This document shows, one piece after another, positions 1 to 11,679 of a DNA stretch of 64,000 bases. The position numbers and the translations under genes are program-made. Every line of letters starts with the position of its first letter. Within the stretch, counting starts at the first letter, position 1. A model generated the notes under the pieces. The model saw only the letters and a list, made by a program, of their open reading frames with translations. It did not search any database and was not told the origin of the DNA. The stretch covers positions 508,286 to 572,285 of the forward strand of contig RHPI01001737.1 of NCBI GenBank assembly GCA_009103225.1, written 5' to 3'. This DNA comes from Chlorokybus atmophyticus (taxonomy: Eukaryota > Plantae > Mesostigma and Chlorokybus algae).

Positions 1-66
<66 letters not shown>
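1..66. repeat. (CT)n microsatellite, may continue beyond the window start
   Basis: Uninterrupted ctct run at positions 1-66. Confidence 0.98.
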
Positions 67-69
<3 letters not shown>

Positions 70-875
70 CTAATGAATTACAGCGTTTGAACGAGCGGTT
101 CAATCTCCATTCAATGCAGCCCTGCGCGTGTCATAACTTATGACATGACAACCGCACATGCATTGTTGCTTTGCTGTTCCGTACTAAGGCTCTCACACGC
201 ATGCAGTACGTGGAGTAGGGAAGGGAAAGCTGTGTTTTCACGAGGCAGAACTACAGGTAGCTGCGATAGAGACACCAATACACGCTCTGAGGGTATGCCG
301 CGGCTGCAACATGTACTGCGGTTGCTGCTGCTGCTGTTGTTGGTAAGCCATTGCAAACGGTGACGCGTACCTACGCACAATTGCAGGCACTGGGCTTGCT
401 GTTGTTGGCACAGGTGCACATATGTCACGGAGCGAACGGGTCCATCACCTGAGGCTAAGGTTGCAAGAAACTGGTGGGAGGGGGGGGTAGGTGCGCGCAC
501 ATATGATGATGACGAGGGGGAGGATGTGTCCCACAGGGCTGCCAGAGGGACGGAATGAAGTTGTGTGCGTGTGAGTGCGACCATGAGAGCGGTGGGTGGG
601 GCTGGAAATGAGTTGGGCGCATGCACATGTGCGTGCAGACGGGCGCATGTATGACATGAATTGCACGTTGTTGCTGGTGGCGGACAGTACTCTAAGGTTA
701 TTCTGTTGCTGAGCGACCAACAATGTACCTGCAGGCGTAGTGCGGGAAATGGCTTGGCAGCCAAAGGAAGAACTGGTGGACAGAGATATATAACATATTG
801 CAAGGGCAATACGAAAAGACAAGCGAGGGCTAACCTTATAGGCACTTCTCCAGCAGCGGCAACACCGTAAGATCA

Positions 876-3800
876 TCAAGCCTCCATTCCTCTTGTGGGG
901 CCAGGGTCGTTGTGCATCTGTATTGCGTACCTAGATTTCGGGACCTCCTGAACAATGCATTCTCGGTCCACAGGTTCCATGGGTTCAAGGTACACAGCAT
1001 CTCGTGTGCGCCGCGTTGCTGTGTCCCATGTGGGAGGTGATAGAGGCACATTGCAGGACGGCAGGGCGGAAAGCGCTGGCGCAAACATTTGTTATAAGCA
1101 CATCACATCTACTGCTGGTAATTGCAGTAGCAACCCTCCAAGCGTACCTCTAAGCTTTGTTGAGCACTGAGTGGCGTTGGGTGTTGAGAGCAGCTAATCG
1201 GCTCATGTGCAGAAACAACCGACGTCAACATTGCTACGGCATGTCAAGTCTATCATGGGCTATTGAACCTGTATAAGCTCTTATACAGAGCCAGTAGTGG
1301 TTTCGCAATGGAATCCCCTTTGTCGCCGTGCTCTTTGTGCGCTCATGCCAAGACGGCATAACTCACGGCCAAGTGGTGGCTTGTGGACCGGGCCGCAGCC
1401 CGTGCAGAATTGCATAATGCGAACAAGGGCGCCAGCAGCAGTTCCACATTTGATGACAGCCAGGAGCCAGCATTGGTGCTGGCGCTGCTGGTGAACAGCG
1501 CCAGCGTGCCGCAGTGCTTGAAGCCCAAAAGGCTCTTCCAGGGCGGCGAGAGTTTGGTCACTATGTCGCTGGCTAGGACGACGGGGAAGGTCTTGGGCAC
1601 ACGCACGTTGTAGTCCCGCGCAAAGGTGCAGTTACCAACTGCGGCTGTCAAAGGTATACACTGTCACGTGCTCGGGCTCGATTCCGCAATTTGTGCTGCA
1701 CAGGTCATACGCGCAGAGCATTGCCAGCGCACCGCCCTGCGAGTGCCCGCACACCAGCAGGTTCCTGCTCGCCGCATCATTGTCGGGAGCGCTCTCGCTG
1801 TAAACCACCGCCAATATCTGTGCATGAATTGCATTACATGTACGTCAAGCAGCGGAGGCACATTGTGTTGACATCACCAGAGGACCCACCTCGTAGGCAA
1901 CGCTTTTCCAGGAGCGATAAAAGCCTTGATGGATGCGCTCTTGCGTGCTGGTAGCCATGCTGGGCACGGAGTCAATGCTTTCCATGCCCGTGCTTGACGC
2001 ATTTGATGGGCGGCTAGCAACACCGGCTAGAGTAGCTTCATCAGTGCCTGCCAAGGATGAACCAGAAGATCTCGTTTTGGCCACACGTCCAACACGTGGA
2101 GCAGTAAGGTGCATGCGGTTGGCATCAATGGTTGTGAGGGTGATATTGAGGTCCGTGCTGACGACACTCATTGAGGCCTCTGAATGCGATCACCAGGTGC
2201 GTGCTGCATAGAAACTCTGGCTATTGATGTCAAGGTGAAGGCACAAAGACGGCGGATACGTACCTGGTGCGGAGCACATACGCGCTTGTATGCGGCACTC
2301 CTTCAACATGCGCAACGCAGTGCACGGCATCCGTTGGCTGCATCGGACTTCAGCAAGGTTCAACAACTGCTCCATCTTGGATGGCGTGTGGTATGCAAGC
2401 ACAGATGCCCTGAACGCTGAAACACTGCCAGATACACACATCAACACAGAATGTCGCACAAAGACTCAAGTGAAACAGGCTGCCTCAGACAGAGCATTGC
2501 AATGGTTGGATCATACATGTTGTAAGAGCAAAGCATGGCCTGTTGCTATTGTTGATCTTGTCCTCATCAGCATCACCACCATCGGTGACAGTCTCCTTGG
2601 GCACCTGCGGCTGCTGCCTCCAGGGCTCGTCAAACCCATATGAGGGGATAGACATGAGGTTTTTGGACAGTCTCCAGGTGTGTGCCCCAGAGAGCCAGCC
2701 GCCAAGACTGGCACTGTGAGCATCTGGCAGACAACACAGGTCAACGCAGATTTCACCATGAAGGACTCCCGACTCATGAGATCCCAAACAACTCTTGCCT
2801 GGTGGTAAGCGAACATGCGATTGTGAGAAGATGAAGAAGATTGCCACAGTAAGCAACAAGGTATTTGGGAGGGGGTGCCCACCAAAGTCTGCATGGATGC
2901 CCAAACGGACAAAGTCAGTGATAGGCACTACAACCAACGCAATGGCGCTGCCCACTGTGCAAAGCGCCGAAAACAGCACCACGCTCATGTTGAAGAAGTA
3001 GTAGCTGAGCCGCTTGTGCCTGACGTTGCAATGTGCCATCACACACGTGAAGTAGTGAGCAATTGACAGGACAGACATTGTCACGCACTCACACCTGTAC
3101 TTGGCCATTGGCAGATGCTGCAGCACTTTGCCCGAGGCGCGTGCTGTGCAAAACGTACACAAGGAGGCCCGCTTCGCATGCGGCAATTGCAAGTGCAGCG
3201 CATGCCACGCGCCAGCTGGGCCTCAGCTGCGCTGGATCGCGTCCTGCGAGGACCAGCGAACGTATAGCAGGGATCGCGGTCCCAATGGGATACGAGAAGC
3301 AAAGGAGCCCATTGTCTGCGCGAGGGATATGCGAAGCGTCGCATAGCCCACCACTGCAGCCACCTGTATGCACCAGCAATGACATTTTTTGTGTTGGAAG
3401 CAACAGCAATGACCCAACTAGCCTGTGATGGCAACCTTACCTTCCATTGGTAAAATTGTTTGGGTAGATTCTTCGTCAACACACGGTAGTCGTGTAGCAC
3501 AATCATCCTGTTGAAGCAAGAGCCAAATACCGTGAGGACAGACACTGTTGCGCTCATTTAGCAAAGGCATGGGCGTAATGGTTAACCACTATATGCACCA
3601 CTCTGGCACTGTATACGTGCTCTTACCACCACATATTGAGGGCAGAAGCTACCAGGGCGCCCAGTACTTCCTGGTAGCGTGCAATGGAGCTGAAAGCGAA
3701 GATATTGGTATAATATCAGATGTGCGCTAGTGGGTTGTATATCAGTACGAATGCACACAGCAGCCACGCCATCCAGACCTGCTGTCGGTCCCAATTGCTA

Positions 3801-4950
3801 CGCGGTTGGAGGAAAGAAGCAGCGTCGAACGAGTGCAATGAAGATGATGGTGTGATTGATGAACAGCACCTCCACCTACGCAAGCGACATGATTGCTGCG
3901 GCATGGATCATCATGCCATTGGCGTCTCGCAGGATGTGCAGTCGAGACGGCAGAGACACAATAATCACAGCCGCCAGCATGACAGCGGCTGCCAGCAGCA
4001 GCACGCCAAGAATGATGTCCAGCTCGTGCTGCGGGAGAACCTCCAGCATGTAGCGCGGCCTCCTGTCGTCATAGTCTTCATTTTGAACTTGTGCTTGCAG
4101 CTCCGTTGGCTTTGCATTCGGCTCAGTTGCACGAACTGCATGAACAGACTTCCCTTCTGCCACAATTGTTACCCTTAGCGACCGGACGGCAGGCTCCGAG
4201 CTGCCTGCTGGCAGCAGCTCTGTCGCAACGTTTTCCATGCAATGACAGGACCGCACCACAAACGCGCCACTGCAACTTGCTGTAAGCATTAAAAGCAATC
4301 TGTGAACAAAGCTTGACAGGTGCAGGGAATGTTGGGACGAACCAACAAGCGAGAGTCGAACCTAAGGGTTGAAAGTTGACTGTGTACAGCAGCACGTCAG
4401 CTAAGCCGAAGCTGCCGGCCTGCGTGCTTTTGTTGTGTCTGTGTCGGGTTGAAAGTCTGCGGACTACCAGTGCATCCTACATACCACTTTGGTGGTTCAA
4501 AGCAACAGCCCAGTGACGTGCATGCAATCAGCGGCTGATACTGCTGCTGCAACTGCAACTGCCATGAGGCCAGAGTCGTAGTGAAAAGATTATGATGCAA
4601 GGGTCGTCCAAAATCAGTGTTGTGGTGTGCGTGCAGCTAGACCAGTACGGCCACTGGCACTGGTGTACATGGGTACAAGCGGCGTGAGACGAAACATGCA
4701 CTCATAGTCACATCATCCGAGGCAACGCGACTTGACGGAAGGCACGCCATGCACACTACCATCGTAGAACAATGTGGTGAGCACAAACTTGAAATCTGCC
4801 GGTCAGCTTGACTAGGCAAAGCCGTACCCTTCCTAGGCCACCGCAGGGCAGTAAGCTTTCAAGACGTCCTACCCCGCCTTCCCCAGCAGCGAGGCTTGCC
4901 ACACTCGCTGCAACTAGAGCAACGACTGTCACGTACACAGCCCACCGCCG
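876..4950 (-). pseudogene. Multi-pass membrane class-3 lipase (alpha/beta hydrolase) with apparent frameshifts; both ends approximate
   Basis: Minus-strand motifs LVIAFRG (~2180), STDLN, IHQGFYRSW, LLVCGHSQGGALAMLCAYDL (~1740), VYTF..VGNCTFARDYN..DIVTKL..GFKHCG. Hydrophobic exons lie at 2700-4050. Frame switches at ~3225, ~2175 and ~1645. Confidence 0.7.
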
Positions 4951-6759
4951 CCGCCGCGTGGAGCCCCTGCTGCTGTACCGTGACCTCAGTCAGTGCCAAG
5001 CTGGTACTGTAGCACAAGGGGCCTGCAAAAACATTGCCTGCGTACGACTGCTGTGTGTCACGGTCACCGCGTGCGGTTCAAGGCTTACACAGTGTCAAGT
5101 TGACTTTTTGAAACCTTAAAGCCTTCAGTTAGTTTTTTTGATAGATCATTGAACATCAGAGGCAGCTTGTGTATTGGGATGGTAGGGTGTGGACACTTGC
5201 TTTGCCTAGGTCTGGAGGGAGGCAGACCATGCACATGGGCTCCCTGAGATCATGTGCATGTAGGTGACAGCGGTCATGCGCGCCAATCGTGGCTAGAACA
5301 CCAAGTGATGGCATGTGTGCAAGCCATGCACACATGCACGTATACATGTAGTCGTCAACATCGTCGTGCATGCTGTGGTTGCTGGCGCAGCTCTTGTCTC
5401 CACCTGAAACCTCCTCCGCTGGTGCTGGTGTGATTATCATGACTGTCTGCTAGCACAACTGCCTCCTTGCCATTGCATTCCCATGGCTGCGAAGGCATGC
5501 GCAAAGTCTAGCAATCCAAAACGCCCTGTTAGCCGTTGCGTGGTTATTGGATTGTTGGCGGCTATCGCAAGCTGGTGTTGTGCACGTTTGCAATAGTACC
5601 ACACCTACAGCGGCGAATGATGCACTTGCGTGGCGTAGGAGGCAAGCCAACAATGCACCCACAAGCAAGCAATGCTATGGTGGCTGTATGCTACGCTGTA
5701 GTGGCGAAGGTGAAGCGTTGCCCGTGCGCTTGGAGAAGGATAAGACAATATGCTAGGGCGTATGTGCAGAAAAGGGGTATGCTGCTATGCGTGTCACATG
5801 TGCATAGCGTATAGGAATCCACGATAACACTTTATGCCAAGCACGCAAAACACCCACAGCACTACGTACTTTACTCAACACCACCACCACCACCTCTAGC
5901 CTACAGGGGCTCTACTCGACTCTACGAAAATGCAAGTAGAAGTGCGTGGGCAATGCAGGCAGGGGGGAGCAGCGGGCTTCAATCGCAACAGAGCAGAGCA
6001 TGTGCATGAAGTCAAGTGCAGCGCGCCACTCATGCAATGCCTCAACCCATGTTTGCTGGTACATATTGCTTGGGGGCTCCTTTTTTTTCACTACACTACC
6101 GTACATTGTTACAGGCTTTCCCAATAAAAGGTTATTTGCAAACATCGTGAGATTAATGTATCGTGCATTATGTTCTCCATACTTGCCTTGCATAGGCAGT
6201 AGCAGTACAATGATCCAATCAAAGCATGCATTGGTGGAATACTGCACCTCAGCATAAGTGTGAGACAACAGGGCAGGAAATTACCAAATTAAGCTGAAGA
6301 TGCAAGCCGTAGAAATACAGTACATGCATGAGCTGATGGTGTTGTGGAAGGTGGTACGCATGGAGTGACAGGTGTTGGCCAGTTGGCCAACACCTTTCAC
6401 AGCTGGCCAAGACCTGGCTCCCAAAAGACCCGTCCAACAGTTCAGCCAGTTGCGTCCAACAGTTCAGCCAGGTGCAAGTGGAGTGTGCGAGAGCCCCTCT
6501 AGACAACATGTGGCAAATGCTTTGCAAGTTGCAACACCATCAAAGGATGTACATGCAGACTACACAACGGCACAAACAGCTTGCCTGACTATCTGCAAAA
6601 ATCCGTATCTACATCATCCCACTGTCGTCAGCAGCTAGTGGCGTAGATGGCAACAATCAATACTTGGAGGCAGCGCCGTGTTTATTCTTCCTCCTAGCCC
6701 GTTGAGGCGTTGTCCGCAAGCACGCCACCGCAGAGTATGTGTGCTTGTGGAGGTGGGTG

Positions 6760-9134
6760 TCAGCTATGGTACTGCTTGCTGCCATACTCAAGTTTTTTCA
6801 TCTTTTGCAGCTCATCTCCATGCGCAATGCCCTCTTCCACATAGCACAGCTGTAGGTACAACCGGTCAGCAAGTGAGGAACCATTACTACTTGATGCTGT
6901 AGACTCACCTGATATTCAGGCTTGCGCAGCGTGTGAATGCCACGTTTGAGCATGCTCTGCCAACCTGAGCGTTGCTTTAGTTTGGAAACAATTTCCTCCG
7001 TCCTCTACAAAATAGTTGACTTAGATTATGCAAAGAGACAGGAATATCAAGCAAGTCTCAAACAAGGGCACCTCTCCTGATGCGCTACCTGTGCTGGATC
7101 AAGCACAAGAAGAAAGACTTCCTCATCATACGACAGTTTTGAGCGTCGCTTCTGAATACCAACAATAGTACGCGAATGGCCTTGATGCTGGAAAAAGATG
7201 GGCCTGTGCAAATGGAGTACGTCAGTCAGCCAGGAGTCCATATGCGATGAAGTGTTCAACAAAGTAACTTACGGCCTGTTTGTTGAAACCACGCTTGAGG
7301 ATTGAGACCCGGACACTTGAGCAGAGACTTCAGATGTAAAGTAATCCCACACCCACTGTATCAGCGCTGTATGCTCCTGGTTTCCCCCGCCCTGCATGTG
7401 TTCCTTGGCTGGCCTGTCCATCCTGGCGTAGTCTCTGCTATCCCCACCGTCCTCCAGCGCAGACTGCAACACGTGAGCGAAGCTCAGAACTGCTGCCACT
7501 CACAACGGCAAACATGATTATAAAATGACATCTTACTCACCTGCATACAAGCGCCACAAAGGTCGAAGTCCTGTGCAATGTTGCTGCGGAACCGTGGCCC
7601 AACAATGGGGCATGTGCCACAGCCGTCACATTGCACATGCGGGTGCGCAATCGAATTCCTGCTGTTCTCAGCAGAATTCACGTCGCCGCTGCCACTCTTT
7701 GGAGCCGTCAGCTTGAAATCCACAATATTGACACGTATGCCAAAAGAGCGCAGCAGTGCGGCACATTCGGTGCTACCAATCCACTTGTGCCTGCCTCTAA
7801 CAGCCCAGTCTAGTTGGCGGGCTCCAACCTCGTCAAAGCCACGTGCCCAGGCCAGCTCCAGCCAACTTTGCAACGCCGGGATTGCTGGCACAAACCCACA
7901 ACCACCAAACAGCGCCTCCCTGTACTCGGGGCCTCTCTGTAACAAGTGCGAGCTCAATATCTGGACATTGCGCCACCCGCAGCCCCAACCCGTATCATTT
8001 CCGCTGGGAGCATCCTCTTTGTTCGAGCTGTGGCTGTGCTGCAGATCCCCTGCCCATAGCAACCATCAACTCTTACAATCATGTCCATTGTTCACCTGGA
8101 CAGAAAGTCAATACTTCACATAAATGAACTTGCACCTGATAAAAATGTGCGGCAGTGGTTGGAGGATTGCTTTTCAGTCTCTAAACACCAGCGAAGTAGA
8201 TTCATGAAACCTTCAGGCACTGGAAAGAATGTGCAGGGTTCCTGCACGCTCACAAGCCGAGCCATATCTCCGCGAAACTGCTCAGCCTCGTCCTCTGTGC
8301 CAGGTAGTGGATGTGCCCCTTGTCCTCCATGCCGGCCGTGCTGTGATGCCCGCCGTCTCCGCATGGTATCCACTTGTATTGAGTGCGCGGATCCCCTGCC
8401 TTGTGGCTTGGAAGACTTCTCCCCTTCAACCTGCAAGCCAACATGTATACTTATAGTAGTATAATGTGATGCTACTTCTGACGTCTAGTGAACTCATGCT
8501 GCCCCACTAGTACTCTTAAGTATAATTGCACTCTCAGCTTGTAGCAGTACGCCTTGCACTGGTGACTGAGTGAACGACTTGACCACTTTAGGCCAACTGC
8601 ACCAATCTGTTCAGCTTCTAGGTTGCAACGTGCAAAACTGACAAGCAGCAAATGAGCATCAACTTGACAAAACCAGTTTTTGCAGGTTGCTGAGACGCCG
8701 GCAAGATCATGCTAACAACAGCGTGTGTGAGTGATAGCTTGCGGAGCAATTGCGCTGAGCGTTTTGTATTGAATAACACGAAGCAGCTTGGTACAGTGGA
8801 CACGTAGTTGCTTGCATGAAACATAGCAACCTAACAGCATTCAAGTCAGCGACGGCAAACAACTAACCTCGGCAGTTGGTGCTGAAGCCTGTGGCTCCGA
8901 CGCACCGCCATATGGATGAGCGACGCTGCTGTTACTGGTGTCACCCTTCTCACTGTCATACTGCTGCTGAAGGGCGCGCGCCATGGCGGCATCATTGTGC
9001 ACATCATCGTGAAGTCCTACATCAAAGTGTTCCGCCACGTGGCGCTCAACGTCCTGCACGCTCCCCTCTGCGCCGCATACCGGGCAGGTGGCGGCGGCGG
9101 ACGGGGAGGCAGGAGCCTGACCCCTTTCGCCCAT
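6760..9134 (-). CDS. ZUP1: ZUP1/ZUFSP-like deubiquitinase (peptidase C78) with N-terminal C2H2/UBZ-like finger and an internal ZZ finger; multi-exon
   Basis: DTGWGCGWRN (catalytic Cys ~7980), KWIGSTECAALLRSFGIR, PIFFQHQGHSRTIVG, LLVLDP, LRKPEYQ|LCYV. N-terminus has CPVCG..VERHVAEHF. GT-AG exons join in frame to the stop at 6760. An alternative ATG lies at 9140. Confidence 0.92.
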
Positions 9135-9164
9135 GCGCATGCACGGGGCAAGCCCCACTTTCAC

Positions 9165-9558
9165 TCACTTCTTGGGTGGCCGGGAGGAGGAGCCTCCGCA
9201 GCTTGGACAAGGCGCCGCTTGACCCTTAACCTTACCCGGAACAACACCAGCGCCGCCGCAAACCTGCAACCGCCGCAATCACGCCTTTCACATTGCCTTA
9301 ACCTAAAGAGCAACTCCAATCGTACAGAAGCATGCTCACAACCATCCCACCGTCCTGCAGACGGAGAAGGAACAGCAAGAGTGTGACGACCTGGACAACG
9401 CTGTGCAGCAAGGCTTACACACGGACCTGGCAGAGGCGGAGGTCGCGGCGCTGCCGGGCGGCGATCCAGGCGTCGACCTTAAAGGCGGAGACTGCGGAGA
9501 CGGCGAGGGCGGCGCCAACAGCGAGACCAGCGAGCTCGTTGGCCGTCCAGGCCGCCAT
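9165..9558 (-). CDS. Small DnaJ-type zinc-finger (CxxCxGxG) membrane protein, 2 exons (9558-9427, 9263-9165); not shown in the ORF track
   Basis: Manual splice gives MAAWTANELAGLAVGAALAVSAVSAFKVDAWIAARQRRDLRLCQ|VCGGAGVVPGKVKGQAAPCPSCGGSSSRPPKK*. The GT..AG intron 9426-9264 is phase 0. The protein resembles plant plastid DnaJ-related small proteins. Confidence 0.8.
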
Positions 9559-11679
9559 CACCCCAGGTTGTTCTCTGCCCAGGCGGGCTAAGCAGCCACC
9601 GTGCAGACGAAGCCCGCCACGTCACGGCTGCACAGCGTCACGCTTTACGGCACTGCGGCGGAGCCTCGTCCGTCGATCGCCGTGGCACGGATCCGCCGCT
9701 GAGAACCCGACGGCTTCAGTCATCGCGAGGCGCCAACCGCGTCATTGATTGGAGGCTTAAACAGGTAGTATTCATTGACTGTTTCAATGTGGAATGAATC
9801 AGCCGTGCCTCTGATTGCAGAACGGTCTCGTTCATTCTGCGAAAGAATCTGTAAACCGTACGTTGGAAGCAGCGTCACGCTTGACACTGCGTGACGCAGT
9901 GTGACGCCATATCCGACGACGTGACACTGAAGCAGGCTGGTGTCTCTGTCCTGGAAGTGCACTGTACCTCAGGTGCTCGGTGTGGGCGGCAGCGCTGCCG
10001 ACAGCCGGTGCGTGATTGCAAGGGAGTCTTGTGTGAGTGCTTTCAGCCTTACCTCTGTAATGTTAACGGGGCGGCGGCCATATGCGTGTGCTGATAGCTA
10101 GCTAGCTGTGGTCGCTGCCCTCTGACAACGTGCTGCATGTCATACAGCTGCTGCAACCTCCGGTCAGCTGTTGCCGATCTATTACGTCGACAGGGAGGTT
10201 ACGGCTTCATGCTAATTAACTGCCTTCTTTGCGCCCTCATCTCACTGAGTCAACTGGTGCGCAGGCAGTCCAGGCCAGTCTACATCAGTCGCTGAGGGCT
10301 TGCCGTTTGCATGTAATGTCTAGCGCATACCATCGCATTGCGCTCTTGAAACTCAATCGAGATCATGTCACCTTGTCTAGTTCCATCGCAAGGGGCTTGC
10401 TGTCTGCATACACCGCGTACAACATTCGCATTGCCTCTTTCTCAGCCACGTAAAAGCGAATAAGCCTGCTTGAGGCATTGCGTGCAAGGAACATCCATCC
10501 ATATAGAACAGAGGAGCCATGTGCAAAAACGCTGATATGTGCCAGTGTGTATCAGCAACAATGATAGAATGACTCTACACAACATGGCACACAAGCAAAC
10601 ACGTGCGGTAGGGGCCATGTTGTTGACAAAGCTGTGGCGGTGGAGCTGAGGAGTGGGGTAGGCAGGCAACAGCAGGCAATATTAGGCAGCAACAACAGGC
10701 AGTAGTCACGACGTCCCCCCCCCCCTTCCCAATAGGCGGAAGTGCGCTAGGCCCCACAGGTAGTACAGCGTGGCAAGGAAGCAGCTACGAGCTCCTCACC
10801 TAGAGAAGCGCCACATGGGTTGCAGCATGACGTCAGCTGCTCAGCACACTGGTGGCACATTCACTGCACGCACCACGCACATATTGCCCACCACACACAT
10901 ACACTGCACACACGTCATAGCTGCTGCCAGCACCGCTCCACCATCGTCGTCAATCATTGCTCACTAGGCAAGTACTTTGTCCTTGGCAGGCAACAAAACC
11001 AGCAACCGGACTGTCAAGCGACCATCGTGTGCCATAGCACCACCCATATGATTGGGTTGCATATGCAGGTATGAAGCCCTTGCCGGAAAGCATGCCATAG
11101 ACTACAAACAATGCTTGCATACTTAAATGGAGTCAGGTATGTACTCAGTGTTGCAGGGCATGTCTCTGCATACGTGACAGACCGCTGTGCTCAGCTGCAC
11201 ACCGTGCTCTATAAATTTGCTCGGCCAGAAAAACAGGGACTCCATGGTCTGATGATGTTACATTGCACAATGATGCTATTATGTGATCCGGGCATTCATT
11301 GTCTGTCTGTACAAAAGGGATTTGCTACTATGTGAGTGAAGAGTTCAGTATAGACAAGACACTGTTGCTTTCACTGGTACTAAGAGCCCACAACCGTTGC
11401 CAACCCACATGGTGGTTCAACTACACAGTTGTTATGCCGACTGCTCGTTGGCAAAACAACTGCGTAAAAGAACCAGCAAATTCAAGTGTCTAAGCAAGTT
11501 CTCAACAAAAACTTGGATGCATAGTCCTGCATGCGCAGAAGGCAACACGCTCACAGCACTGATCTACGCGGGCCTGCCAGCAAGTATGGCCATACAATGC
11601 CATGCATAACCTCTGTGGTGAAGGCCACTTGCACACATTGCAGCAGACACTGCCTAACCCTCACCCCCAGCACATAAGC

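Noticed and set aside
138-845. 235-aa minus-strand ORF near the window start
   Set aside because: Low-complexity and motif-free; probably 3' UTR or intergenic sequence downstream of the lipase.
9332-9748. Plus-strand ORFs (138 aa and 62 aa)
   Set aside because: Antisense shadows of the GC-rich DnaJ-ZnF gene on the minus strand.
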